A DNA stretch of 29,032 nucleotides. Origin: Atractiella rhizophila. Taxonomy: Eukaryota. A model generated the notes under the pieces. That model ran no database searches and was not told where the DNA came from. It saw only the letters and a program-made list of their open reading frames with translations. The stretch is from positions 62,001-91,032 of the forward strand of contig MU271313.1 in NCBI GenBank assembly GCA_021432655.1. The letters are read 5' to 3'. The position numbers were made by a program, and so were the translations under genes. Below are positions 10,288 to 21,298 of the stretch, one piece after another (positions within the stretch are counted from its first letter, which is position 1; each line of letters opens with the position of its first letter).

Positions 10288-13200
10288 ATGGCCTCTCCTT
10301 CGCTGATAGCCCCAACAATAATCACATCTCTCTTCCCACCGTACGGCTCCATCAGAGACGAATCCTACATCTCCCACCTAAAAATCCTCGAAGAAGGTCC
10401 AGCGCCGTCCCTCCCACCGACACTGCCCAATCCGCTCAACCCCAACGCTCCCCCTCCCGCACCTTCCAACGATGCCAAACGGCGATTCATAGTGCTTTCC
10501 GTCTCGAGCAGCGGGAAATGTAAACTGCACAAGACGAAGCAGAACCCGAATGGCTCGTTCTCGGTTGGGAAGACGTGGGGACTGGAAGAGTTGAGGAGCG
10601 TGGAGGTCCTGAGCGAGTCGGCGTTCTTGATTGGGTTGGGGAGCAAGAGTTATACGTGGAAGACGAATGAGAGGAATAGGAGGGAGCAGCAGGACTTTTT
10701 GGTCATTTTGGTCAGGGCTCAGAGACAGATGATGGGAAAGGCGGCGACGGTGAAGACGAAGGGATTCAGGGTGGATGAGGGAAAGGGAGGTGAGTGTTTC
10801 TGATTCTGCTGTTTCGGGGTGTTGCTGTGATTGGTGCGATTCTATTCATGGTTATGATTGTATTATTGCCATGGATTGGATGAAGTAGTTCATGCGCAAG
10901 TTCGTAATCAACAGTGGATAGTTGTCTTTGTTCATAAAAGATGAAAGCGAGCTTGGAGATGAGCAAGCAGATGACTGTCCAATCTTCCTTCCTTCATTTA
11001 GCGGGGATGCATGCGTGCAGCTCATCTTCTAATTTCCTTGATTATTTAGTTTAGTTTATTCCCAGTGATGTATGTTGTGATATGACAGACACAGTCTAGA
11101 GCAGGTCACATATCACAAGGAGCAATCGCCCCTGCAATTCCTCTGAGGCATCGTCATCCTCCTTAGCTGCCTTTCAGTCATAACTCGCGCCAGATACATC
11201 AATCTGTGAGAGCTGAATTGACGCAGCTAATGTTATTGTGCCTGCTGTTTCTGAGGAGCTAGAACGAAGCAACTCTCGTGTCCCACTTTCTTGATTAAGA
11301 GAAGTCATAACGTCAGCCAGCCTAATTCGTTTTAGCTCTTCTTCTACCTCTCGTAGTCATCTCACTCCTTGCTGCTCCTTTCCTGATGAACTAACTCTCA
11401 AGAAAGTTTATCGATGTAGCACAAACTGTACTCCTTGCTCTGAGCATCTGTTCTTCTTTGTCCTAGTGAATACGAGGCGCGCAGAGTAATTCCTTAACAT
11501 ATTCCGGTTGAGTTCGGATTTCGTTTGAGCTGATTGCTTCATATTGGAATGATCTCTCAATTGCGTGAAGCAGAGATTCAATTAGTCTCTTGTTGACAGA
11601 TGCCTATGAAAATCTTTACTCTCCTGTAACCTATAGTCCTCTGGAAGGTTGTGCTAAGGTACACTACCTGCAGGCGCTCCAGTCTACGAAATCCCTCGTT
11701 TCCCTTCCCCAGGCCCTCCAAGATCACCAGCACCACCTCGCTCGCCCCTACCTCCAAGCATCGGTGGCCCATCTGCGCCTCCTTCATCCCTACGTCCCGG
11801 CGCACCTAACGGGCCTTCCTCTCCTATGCCATCTCCTTCTCCGATGCGGCCATCGCTACCACGAGATCCTCGTCTTGACGGTCCTCCAACCCTGTCGACT
11901 TCTTCGCTCCCACCATCCTCCGTTTCCTCTCTCCGATCTCCCGTCCCATCCTCATCTGGCGGACCTCCTCAAATTCCACCACTGAGAGTCTCCGGAGCGC
12001 CACCTTCGAACGCTCCAACGCCACGCCTGAACGATGTCCGCCGTGGTCGTTCGGGAAGCGTTACCAGCACCGGGAGCGGAGGACGCCCTTCGATTCGTAC
12101 GGATGTCGGTCTGCCACCATCGATTCCTGCTCAGTTCGATCGTCCTGGAACAGCTGGTACAGATGTTAGTGATCGACGGCCCAGCGAGTTAGGGTCTGTG
12201 ACTGGGCGGAGGACTCCGAGCGATATGGGTAGACCGCCTCCGCTTAACACGTCGGTAGGAGGCAGTAGCCTCAGGAACAATGGTGTTGCTTCTCCCTCAC
12301 CTAATGGACCCCGCGGCGAGTCGTCCCCTAAGAGATCATTGCCCCCCAATGGAGTAGCGGGCAGGCGAGAAAGTGACGAGCGCGATCGGGAGCGTCGAGG
12401 CACGCCTCCGCCCCGCCCATCCTTCTCGAACGTGAACGGTTCGCCTAAGGCTAATGGGAAAGAGCGCAGAACGGGACAGTCTTCATTCGATGAGGGCCCT
12501 TCAAAGAAGTCGGAACAGAGCATCCCACCTGCTGCTGTGCAACCCGCTGTCCCATCACAATCAATCACGGCAGGCATTAGAACTATCGCACCAAAGAAGC
12601 AGATGGGAGGGAGGGACGAGCCAGAAGCGGTTGGGAAAAAGAAAGTCCCTGGTGGGATAGAGAAACCTGAGTTGCGGGTAGTGGAAGAAAAGAAGGATAA
12701 AGATGAGGATGTTGAGATAGACGAGGAGAACATCCTTGCAAATGTCGAGGAGATGCTGGAAGGGTTTGAGTGGAGGAATGCTGGTAGTAGCAAGGGGAAA
12801 GGAGGTGCCGGATCGAGCGACCAGATTGAACGACGGCTTCTTAGAGAACTAAAAGCTCTGGAGGAGGTTTGTACTTCCTGTTAGAACGACATGATGATTG
12901 TCCTGATGAACCCTTCAGGCAAGTATCTTTGCGATCATTGAGAGCGACGAACGGGTGGCGGCGGTGGTCAAGGACCTCGATGAAGCTATCGCGGAACTTG
13001 ACAGAATGGACCAGATGATTTCTTTGTATAAGACTCAGCTTTTGGTGCGTTCCTCTGAGATGCACATTGAGTACCTGCTGAAAGCAAATGAACAGACAAT
13101 GTCAGACGATATCAATCACATTGAAGGTCAAAATCGCGGTTTGCAAGTCCAGACTTCCAACCAGCGAGCTCTTGTCGCTGAACTTGATCGCCTTCTGGTA

Positions 13201-15476
13201 CGTCAACCCCTTTGCGTGTGAAGTGTGAACCTTTGCTTATGAGCGCTGTAGTCAACTGTGAATATACCAGCCGAAGACCTAACCATCTTGAAGAAGGAAC
13301 CTATGGAGAGTACACAGAGCATCCAAAGGTTGGAAGGTTCAGCAGCGACGCTGTACAAAGCTTTGTTGTCGACGAGAGACATGGGTGAGTTTCCCGCCAT
13401 CTTGGCCTTCCGATAATTGATGGATTATTAGGTGTCGGCGACATGGTTGTTGCCAATGAACGCCTTGCTGAATACCGTGAAAGGGCTTCACAATTCTGTG
13501 TGAGGGTACTCGAGTTCCTGGCGGTGATGTTTAAGTTCCAGGTCCGAGTTCACTACCTTCAGCTGCCTTTCTGATCCATCCTGTAGATCGACCTGATGGA
13601 GAAAGATTCGTCGCGAGCAATAGACAAGAACAAGCCTTCCTTGCCGACTCACGCCAAGTTGGAAGAGTACCTGGGTCGCTATTGTGGGCTTATGCTTTTC
13701 GTGAAGGAGGTAGATTATCAACGCTTCCAACAGATATGTTCTGTAAGCTGCCTTCCTCGACTCGCAGGGTAGTGTGCTAACATCCTTGCACAGGCTTATT
13801 ATACCGCTGCAAGTGATCTCCATCGGAAAGAGATGACGGAGCTCTTTGCAGCTTACAGAAAGCTATCGCGCAAACCAACTGAGGATGAGCAAGAAGCTAG
13901 TAGGCAACTCTTTCTTCCAGCAGAACTGCGCTCAGTTGGGTCACGCAGGCTTCACTTATCAATCTGTCAATGCACCAACTGTACTTAACAAATCTGCAGC
14001 TGGGAAGAAGACGAAGATTGGCGATGTTAACAAAGGCGGAATGCCAGCTCATCAGGTCAGAATGCGCCACCCGCCCTTTAGCTGATGCTCACAGTTCATG
14101 ATATCCAGACCTTCAGCAAGCTAGTCGAAGTGATTGTGAAACAAATAGAGACAGAGCAAGCCTTCATAGCCGATTTCTTGCACACCTTTTCCTCCCCTCT
14201 GGACCCGTTGATGACCTTTGCCGACTACATGGACCTCGAATCGTACTTTAAGCAAGGAGCCGCTGCTGCTATGACAGGACAGCAGGCTCGGTTTAAGGAT
14301 ATTCGACAGTCGCTTGACATGATATTTGGGTTCATGGTCACCGAATTCACTACTTGGATCGACTCCGAAATCGCTAAAGACGGATTGTATGGTCTATCTG
14401 ATTTGTCGCTTCGGTTGCTGATTGCTGGGGATAGCCAAATCGTCGGTATTCTCGCCGTCTTGGATCGAGCAGCCGCGCGTGCGGAATCACGGAGGAATGA
14501 CTTCCTTGCTCGAGTGATGCAGAAACAACATCAGAAAGCCAGCGGATTGTTGGAGAAAATCTGCAAAGAGCAGATTAAAGCTATCGAACAGACGAAGCTT
14601 ACTCTCAAGAAGCGGAAAGGAGTTGTTCCCTTTATGCGCGTCTTCCCAGTGCGTCTTTCGTCCGAAACTGGGTCGCATCCAGGTGCTTATGCTAGTTGAT
14701 GTTAGCGCTTTGTGGACCGCATAGAATCCCAAGTCCTCCCATCGGATGATAGGCTTCCGACGCGCAAACTTGTCAATGATGTTTACGACAGAATCGTCTC
14801 ATCGATGCTGGAGAGTTTGCAGCAGATGGCCAAGATGGATGGGGATGCTGGAGCTGGAGAGGATAGCAAAGATCAACTGAACTACCATGTCATCCTCATC
14901 GGTGCGTTTTGTCTACATCCCTCTCATCCTGGCTGAACTCCACCGCCAGAAAACATGCATCACTTTCTCACGACGATTGGTCCAAAGAAGATTGCTCCCC
15001 TCAAACCTTCTCTTGATCGTGCTCGCGATTTGTATGACCAGAATCTCAACCTGTACATCAAGGTTGTCCTTCGCCGTCCCCTCTCTCGTCTTCTCGACTT
15101 CTTCTCTGGGATGGAGCAACTACTTCGGACCACACCAGCAAACGAAGTCTCGTTACATGGAGCATATACCAAATCATCACTCAAAAAGACTATCTCCTCC
15201 TTCGACTACAAAGACTTGAAGAAAGGGATGGAAGCACTCTCAAAGCGGATCGACAAGCATTTTGGGGACATTAGCAATCCTTCAGCTGAAAATTCAGAAG
15301 CTGTCCGGACCGTTTGGAAAGCTTGTGAAGAAGAAATGACAAGGTTGATAAAGGAGTGGGCCGCTTTGATCGTCAGGTGCTTCCCTGATGACAAGGTAGC
15401 ATTCGATTTTGGAGTTGAGGAAGTCCAGAGTGTGTTCAAGAAGAATGTACCTCAGTCTGCAGGTTCAATGTCGTAG
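10288..15476 (+). CDS. SEC3: Exocyst complex component Sec3
   Basis: N-terminal PIP2-binding PH-like domain (YISHLKILEE...RFIVLSVSSSGKCKLHKTKQNPNGSFSVGKTWGLEEL), long Pro/Ser/Arg linker, coiled coil with MSDDINHIEGQNRGLQVQTSNQRAL, and Sec3 C-terminal region (QIKAIEQTKLTLKKRKGVVPFMRVFP, KDQLNYHVILI|ENMHHF, ALSKRIDKHF). First intron 10790-11673. Confidence 0.92.
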
Positions 15477-15666
15477 TTCGTGTTGCCAATGTATTTTGGG
15501 ATGGTTCAATCTGTCAACATTCACACGTGTTCATCCCTCATTACCGTCGAGAACATCACAGAAAACGACTGCTAATAATTTCTTCTTCCTCTAATTTATG
15601 CACACCCAAACCCGAACAGCAAAACAGCAGCCTAAAAGTCCACGTCTGCAACTGCAATAATCGTCA

Positions 15667-16993
15667 TCAAGACTTCTTTCTTCTCTCTCGTAGCTCGGTC
15701 TTAGTTCCTTGTCGCCCAACTGGAGCAGACTGGATAGCTTTCTTGCTCTTTGATTCCTTCGATTGACGCTCCACTTCCTCTTCTTCATCCTCCTCACTGT
15801 GAAGACAGAGGTTAGTCGGTGCCATGATACGAAAGAGATCCGGAGTAAGCAATAAAGGGAGACGTACTCTTCATCGTCGCTCCTCACATCCTCTAATCCC
15901 TCTCCAGTAATTGCCTTTTTCACTGCGACGACCAAAAAGTAAAGCCATCCCAGCAAGAGAACTTGAAGGAATATGAGAAGTCCAGAAAAGATCCTGTGGA
16001 CAGAGGAGTTGAAGAAATAGGCCCTGGCGGGATCCCATTCGTAAGGAATCCTTTGTTTTGCTTCGATTACTGCGGAATACAGAAGGCGTCCATATAGGAC
16101 GTGTCGGGTCAAGACCCAGGAAACAGCGAAGATGGCGAAGAAGGCGTCGCATAGGGTTCTCAGATTGGCATATCGGAAGAGTTTGGCTGCCTGTTCACCC
16201 ATGTATCGATATTCATGATACAACAAGACGGAGAGGGGCGGAGAAAACGAACCGGAAGAAAAATATCGCACAGGTCCATGCATACCAGTATAGCATTCCC
16301 GACAGGGGTGATGTTACAGCAGTAAGAGAGAGAAAGAAGGGTGATCGTTATGATGTGATGGAGAAGCATGTGTGGATAGTCCTTTCGCTTCTTCTCCATG
16401 TTCAGTACAATGAGCTGTTGGATCCAGAAGCCTGTTTGAACGAGATAGTACCACTTCTGCAGCCACGGAAGTTTGTCGTAGGGATACCGGTCCCAATATT
16501 CGCGGGTGTTAAAGTTTTTCCAGGGAGACGTCTGCATAATGTACTAATCCGTTCCAGCGCCGACAACAGCGCGCTTCAGCCTTCTGTCTGGTAGGTAGCA
16601 AGCAAGGCAGAAAAACTCACCAGTCCCAAAGACCAGCTGCAGACGGGATATACTAAAATCCACCCCTGCTCCGCAAAGCGAAGTTGTTTTCCTGGTGCTT
16701 GAATCCCACAAAATCGTGCCAGTGGAGTAAACAGGAGTCTCATGACGAGCTCTCGGAGAATAGTGAAGTAGAGGACCCAAGCGAAGACAAAAGGAATATC
16801 GGACTAGATTGCATCCAAACCCACATCATAAGCACATCAGCACAGGTAACTTAGACACTTCCATCTCCCTTAACTCTTCATTAAGCAATAAGGAAGAACG
16901 TACAATGCTTTGGCCATACAACCCTGTCGAAGGGTCTCTGCCCTGAAGGTGAATAAGAGATTCAAAATGCATCGTCTTTGAATTCCCTTCTGT
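15667..16993 (-). CDS. LAG1: Ceramide synthase, TLC/Lag1p-motif protein (LAG1/LAC1 family); 5' end uncertain
   Basis: Spliced reading GLYGQSI|SDIPFVFAWVLYFTILRE...QLRFAEQGW...KWYYLVQTGFWIQQL...RKDYPHMLLHHIITITLLSLSY...GNAILVCMDLCDIFLP|AAKLFRY...WVLTRH...EDVRSDDE, with an acidic then basic tail. Further upstream exons (possibly from an ATG near 17505) could not be resolved. Confidence 0.88.
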
Positions 16994-17639
16994 CTAGATA
17001 CGCTTCTAACACACTTTATGCAACTCCTTCCTTATGAACCTTCAATACACAACCGAGAACCCTAGAGGACGAGAAGCTTGGTATTTAATAATATCTGATG
17101 CAACAAAATGGATGTCGAGAGAGTCTAAGCCACTAACTCCCGTTCGTACCGAAAGAGTATGTACTTTGTCCTCCTTTTGAGTACTGTGTTGGCGTGGAGG
17201 GCACAGAGGAGCTGAGAAGACGCAGTTGCCGCTGAGAATGGTCGTTTCGAGGTTGAGTTGGAACTGGTGCCCCAAAGTTTTGAGATCACGGGACTGAACG
17301 CGATCGAACACGTTCCTGGATCATTTCATTTGAGATGCTTCTTTTAAGCCTTGTAACCTGCAAAAAGCGGTGGACTGGACGGTGTTGAGGACACGAATGG
17401 TAAAGAAAGGATGATTCAATTCAAAGAGGGTGAGAATGATGACAATGAGTAGGCCGAATCTACTGACGATTCGAGAATGGCAATCCACGACGCCAGAAAG
17501 TCCATGATGTGATGTGAATGAGAATGATGTGAAGGACAGACAGGAAAAGAACAACTGTGCACCCGAGCCCAAGACAAAAAAGAACTTGAATAATAACAAT
17601 GATGGAGCACCCGTCTCCCATGGGAGCTTTGTCGGGTGA

Positions 17640-19122
17640 TTACACATCCAAACACTGTGAGAAATAGTCGCCTATCCCCATGAATGCATCAGTTTCTTCT
17701 TCTGCGATGGGAGTGAGGAAGCTCACCAGAGGCGACACACGTCCATCCATCTTGGCAGCAGGTTGTCCCTAACCAACCTTTGCCTCCGCACTGTCCATAA
17801 TTCGCACTACACTGCAGCTTCCCGACGTTGGGGACACAGGTTTTGAGAAGGCTCGTTCCTTCGCAATGGTAGCCGTTATGACACGTTGTTGGACCGCTAT
17901 AAAGCAGTCCACCGCATTGAAGGTAGGCACCAACCGTCGGCGTCGGAGCAGAAGCTGCGGTGGTTTTGGTGGCAGTCGCGGTGGCAGTAGTTCGCGCCGA
18001 AGTAGTAAATTGTGCGTTCTCCACTTTCACTACTGCTTCCTTATTGTAGGTGACTTGTCCCTCTGAAACCAATTTCAGCACCTGGAATTGAGTAAGAAGG
18101 AAGCTACATACCACATTCGCACTGACAATTCTGGCACACTGGCGGTTGGCCGCCTTCTCCCCAATGCTGATTGTAATCGGAGCTCTAAAAAGCACACGTT
18201 CATTCATCAATTCATGGGACAGAAGGAAGACGAACCTGGACCCAAGTAACACAATAGCTGCCTCCGAAGTAGTTGTATGCACCTGAGAAATCGTAGCAGG
18301 ACTTTCCAATGTATTTGCCACTCGGTTGGTTGTTCAGAGATTCGAAGTGGGTGCCAAATGAACTGTTCACATCGCCCAATAAACACATCAGTAACTATCC
18401 TGGCTAAGGATGGAATGGAGCTCACGCTGGAGTCCAACCTGAATTAGACTTGTAGGTTTGTCCACATTTGTATTGACTGCAAGGGATGGCCTGTCCACCC
18501 CATGGCATTAGCGTGTTCCTGAAAGAGGGAGGAAGCACACACCTGATAATTCACATGCCCACCATCCGAGAACGTCTTGCCAGGGGGAAGAGTTAATCCA
18601 TTGATGCCATTGGAGCAAGTGTTCCCAATGGTATACGGAGTGCAGCCGTCTGATCCCTACAGTCACACATAGGTAAGAAGTGGATCGATAAGGCGAGGAG
18701 AACGGTATACTGACACCACCAGAGTTGCAGGTTGTACCAGTCCACGTACCAGGGCACGTTGCGGCAGGGGGCGGAGAGGTCGTGGTCATGGATGGTTTAC
18801 CACGCTTCCATTCCTGATGATATTGACCTTGTCTCGCGTGGCCATTGCGAGGAGAATACTGATTTCTCCTTATCCTCTCCTCACCAACTGTCAAGCGCTT
18901 CCGTCAACTCACTTTTCGCTAAAATGAAGACAAAGTCATACGGTTGTTCGAATGAATACCTGTGTCAACCTCCTTTCCTGAATCATCGAACCCCCATGCG
19001 TCTTTCTCGTTCAAGAAGGACCCAATGTTTGCACCGGCAAGTTGACGCTCGTTTTTTGGGAGTGCTGCTTCCGCAAGGAGAGCAGCGGATGAGAGAATTA
19101 TCGCGGAAAGAGAGACAAGCAT
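17640..19122 (-). CDS. Secreted protein (~366 aa, 8 exons): signal peptide, propeptide, uncharacterised Cys-rich domain, Thr-rich linker, two CBM1 modules (complete copy)
   Basis: Exons 19122-18942, 18887-18715, 18656-18543, 18490-18426, 18362-18236, 18184-18112, 18062-17727 and 17671-17640. All seven introns are GT-AG, 49-63 nt and phase-compatible (1101 nt total). N-terminus MLVSLSAIILSSAALLAEA. CBM1 patterns YLQCGGLLYSGPTTCHNGYHC and [36 protein letters not shown]. Confidence 0.85.
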
Positions 19123-19901
19123 TATTGGCGATAAATACAGAGACGAAGGAAGCTGACAAACCAAAGGAATAGAGATTCTTCAACAAGACGTGCGGATTTT
19201 ATAGACCACAGCTATTGGGTCAGATTTCGCCCGTGAACTGAGTAACGACTTGTATAGTCAATAATTAACACAGAACCAGCGAATAACATACCTTCTTCCC
19301 ACACGCATCTCACGATTACGTGCTGAGCACTGAGGGCATCAAGAACCTGGATTGGACCGGTAGAACTGCTAAGCATGAACTGTATCGAAGCAAGGCTGGC
19401 CTTTCCAGCGCAAGCACGCGATTGACGGGGCTGCTAAGAAGGTATGCGAACTGCCGAGACGCCAAATTACGGGTCGCTTAGGCACCAGAAACGGCTGGAG
19501 GAAGAGAAGCTGTCGTCATTCCGAGTTCGGTTTCTTTTGCTTCTATGCGGAAACTCGGGCATCAACACCTCAAAGGAATGCCTCAGCGTTTGAGCCATTG
19601 ATAAAGAGGCAACAGGACCAGTGCTTCCTTTGAATGGAAGGAGTAGAACTCAACAGATATTCATTCAATGTTACAGAAATGGCACCAAGAGACTCGAGAA
19701 AACCAAAGTACTGAAGCATGATCCACTTCGCGAAACGAACGAATGAACTTCTAGTTATTAGGTGTGCTGGGTTACGGTCGCGGCGGAGACATTTGCTCCA
19801 TTGGGCTGGAGTCGGCTCGACATATCATCTGCGAGAGCACGTTCCGTCAACGTCGTCAGACCCTGGTTCTTGGTTTCGGAGAGAATATTTGTGACCTCCT
19901 T
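17725..19901. repeat. Tandem segmental duplication, unit 1 (~2.18 kb)
   Basis: Near-identical to 19903-22078 at an offset of 2176-2178; the ORF track repeats at the same offset. Confidence 0.95.
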
Positions 19902-21298
19902 AACCAGAGGCGACACACGTCCATCCATCTTGGCAGCAGGTTGTCCCTAACCAACCTTTGCCTCCGCACTGTCCATAATTCGCACTACACTGCAGCTTCC
20001 CGACATTGGGGACACAGGTTTTGAGAAGGCTCGTTCCTTCGCAATGGTAGCCGTTATGACACGTTGTTGGACCGCTGTAAAGCAGTCCACCACATTGAAG
20101 GTAGGCACCAACCGTCGGCGTCGGAGCAGAAGCTGCGGTGGTTTTGGTGGCAGTCGCGGTGGCAGTAGTTCGCGCCGAAGTAGTAAATTGTGCGTTGTCC
20201 ACTTTCACTACTGCTTCCTTATTGTAGGTGACTTGTCCCTCTGAAACCAATTTCAGCACCTGGAATTGAGTAAGAAGGAAGCTACATACCACATTCGCAC
20301 TGGCAATTCTGGCACACTGGCGGTTGGCCGCCTTCTCCCCAATGCTGATTGTAATCGGAGCTCTAAAAAGCACACGTTCATTCATCAATTCATGGGACAG
20401 AAGGAAGACGAACCTGGACCCAAGTAACACAATAGCTGCCTCCGAAGTAGTTGTATGCACCTGAGAAATCGTAGCATGACTTTCCAATGTATTTGCCACT
20501 CGGCTGATTGTTCAAAGATTCGAAGTGGGTGCCAAATGAACTGGCTCACATTGCCCAATAAACCCATCAGTAACTATCCTGGCTAAGGATGGAATGAAGC
20601 TCACGCTGGAGTCCAACCTGAATTAGACTTGTAGGTTTGTCCACATTTGTATTGACTGCAAGGAATTGCCTGTCCACTGGCATTAGCGTGTTCCTGAAAG
20701 AGAGCAGGAAGCACACACCTGATAATTCACATGCCCACCATCAGAGAACGTCTTGCCAGGGGGAAGAGTTAATCCATTGATGCCATTGGAGCAAGTGTTC
20801 CCAATGGTATACGGAGTGCAGCCGTCTGATCCCTACAGTCACACATAGGTAAGAAGTGGATCGATAAGGCGAGGAGAACGGTATACTGACACCACCAGAG
20901 TTGCAGGTTGTACCAGTCCACGTACCAGGGCACGTTGCGGCAGGGGGCGGAGAGGTCGTGGTCATGGATGGTTTACCACGCTTCCATTCCTGATGATATT
21001 GACCTTGTCTCGCGTGGCCATTGCGAGGAGAATACTGATTTCTCCTTATCCTCTCCTCACCAACTGTCAAGCGCTTCCGTCAACTCACTTTTCGCTAAAA
21101 TGAAGACAAAGTCATACGGTTGTTCGAATGAATACCTGTGTCAACCTCCTTTCCTGAATCATCGAACCCCCATGCGTCTTTCTCGTTCAAGAAGGACCCA
21201 ATGTTTGCACCGGCAAGTTGACGCTCGTTTTTTGGGAGTGCTGCTTCCGCAAGGAGAGCAGCGGATGAGAGAATTATCGCGGAAAGAGAGACAAGCAT
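19900..21298 (-). CDS. Second copy of the secreted CBM1 protein, C-terminally truncated (lacks the last exon)
   Basis: The first seven exons appear intact with the same splice sites. The duplication junction reads TCT GGT TAA, so the product ends ...WTCVASG* without DYFSQCLDV. It could be expressed or an incipient pseudogene. Confidence 0.7.

Noticed and set aside
12131..12793. 220-aa antisense ORF in SEC3, plus similar shadow ORFs opposite TBC, LSG1 and LAG1
   Set aside because: Expected antisense shadows of GC-rich, low-complexity coding exons.
17689..18321. 210-aa ORF (and its 199-aa twin at 19900-20499) taken as the whole CBM1 protein
   Set aside because: Its N-terminal part is off-frame exon and intron sequence with no signal peptide; only exon 7 is in the true frame.
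18112..18887. Assignment of the CBM1-linked domain to LPMO, GH45, expansin/swollenin or GH131
   Set aside because: No N-terminal His after the signal peptide and none of the signature motifs I know for these families. A profile search is still required.
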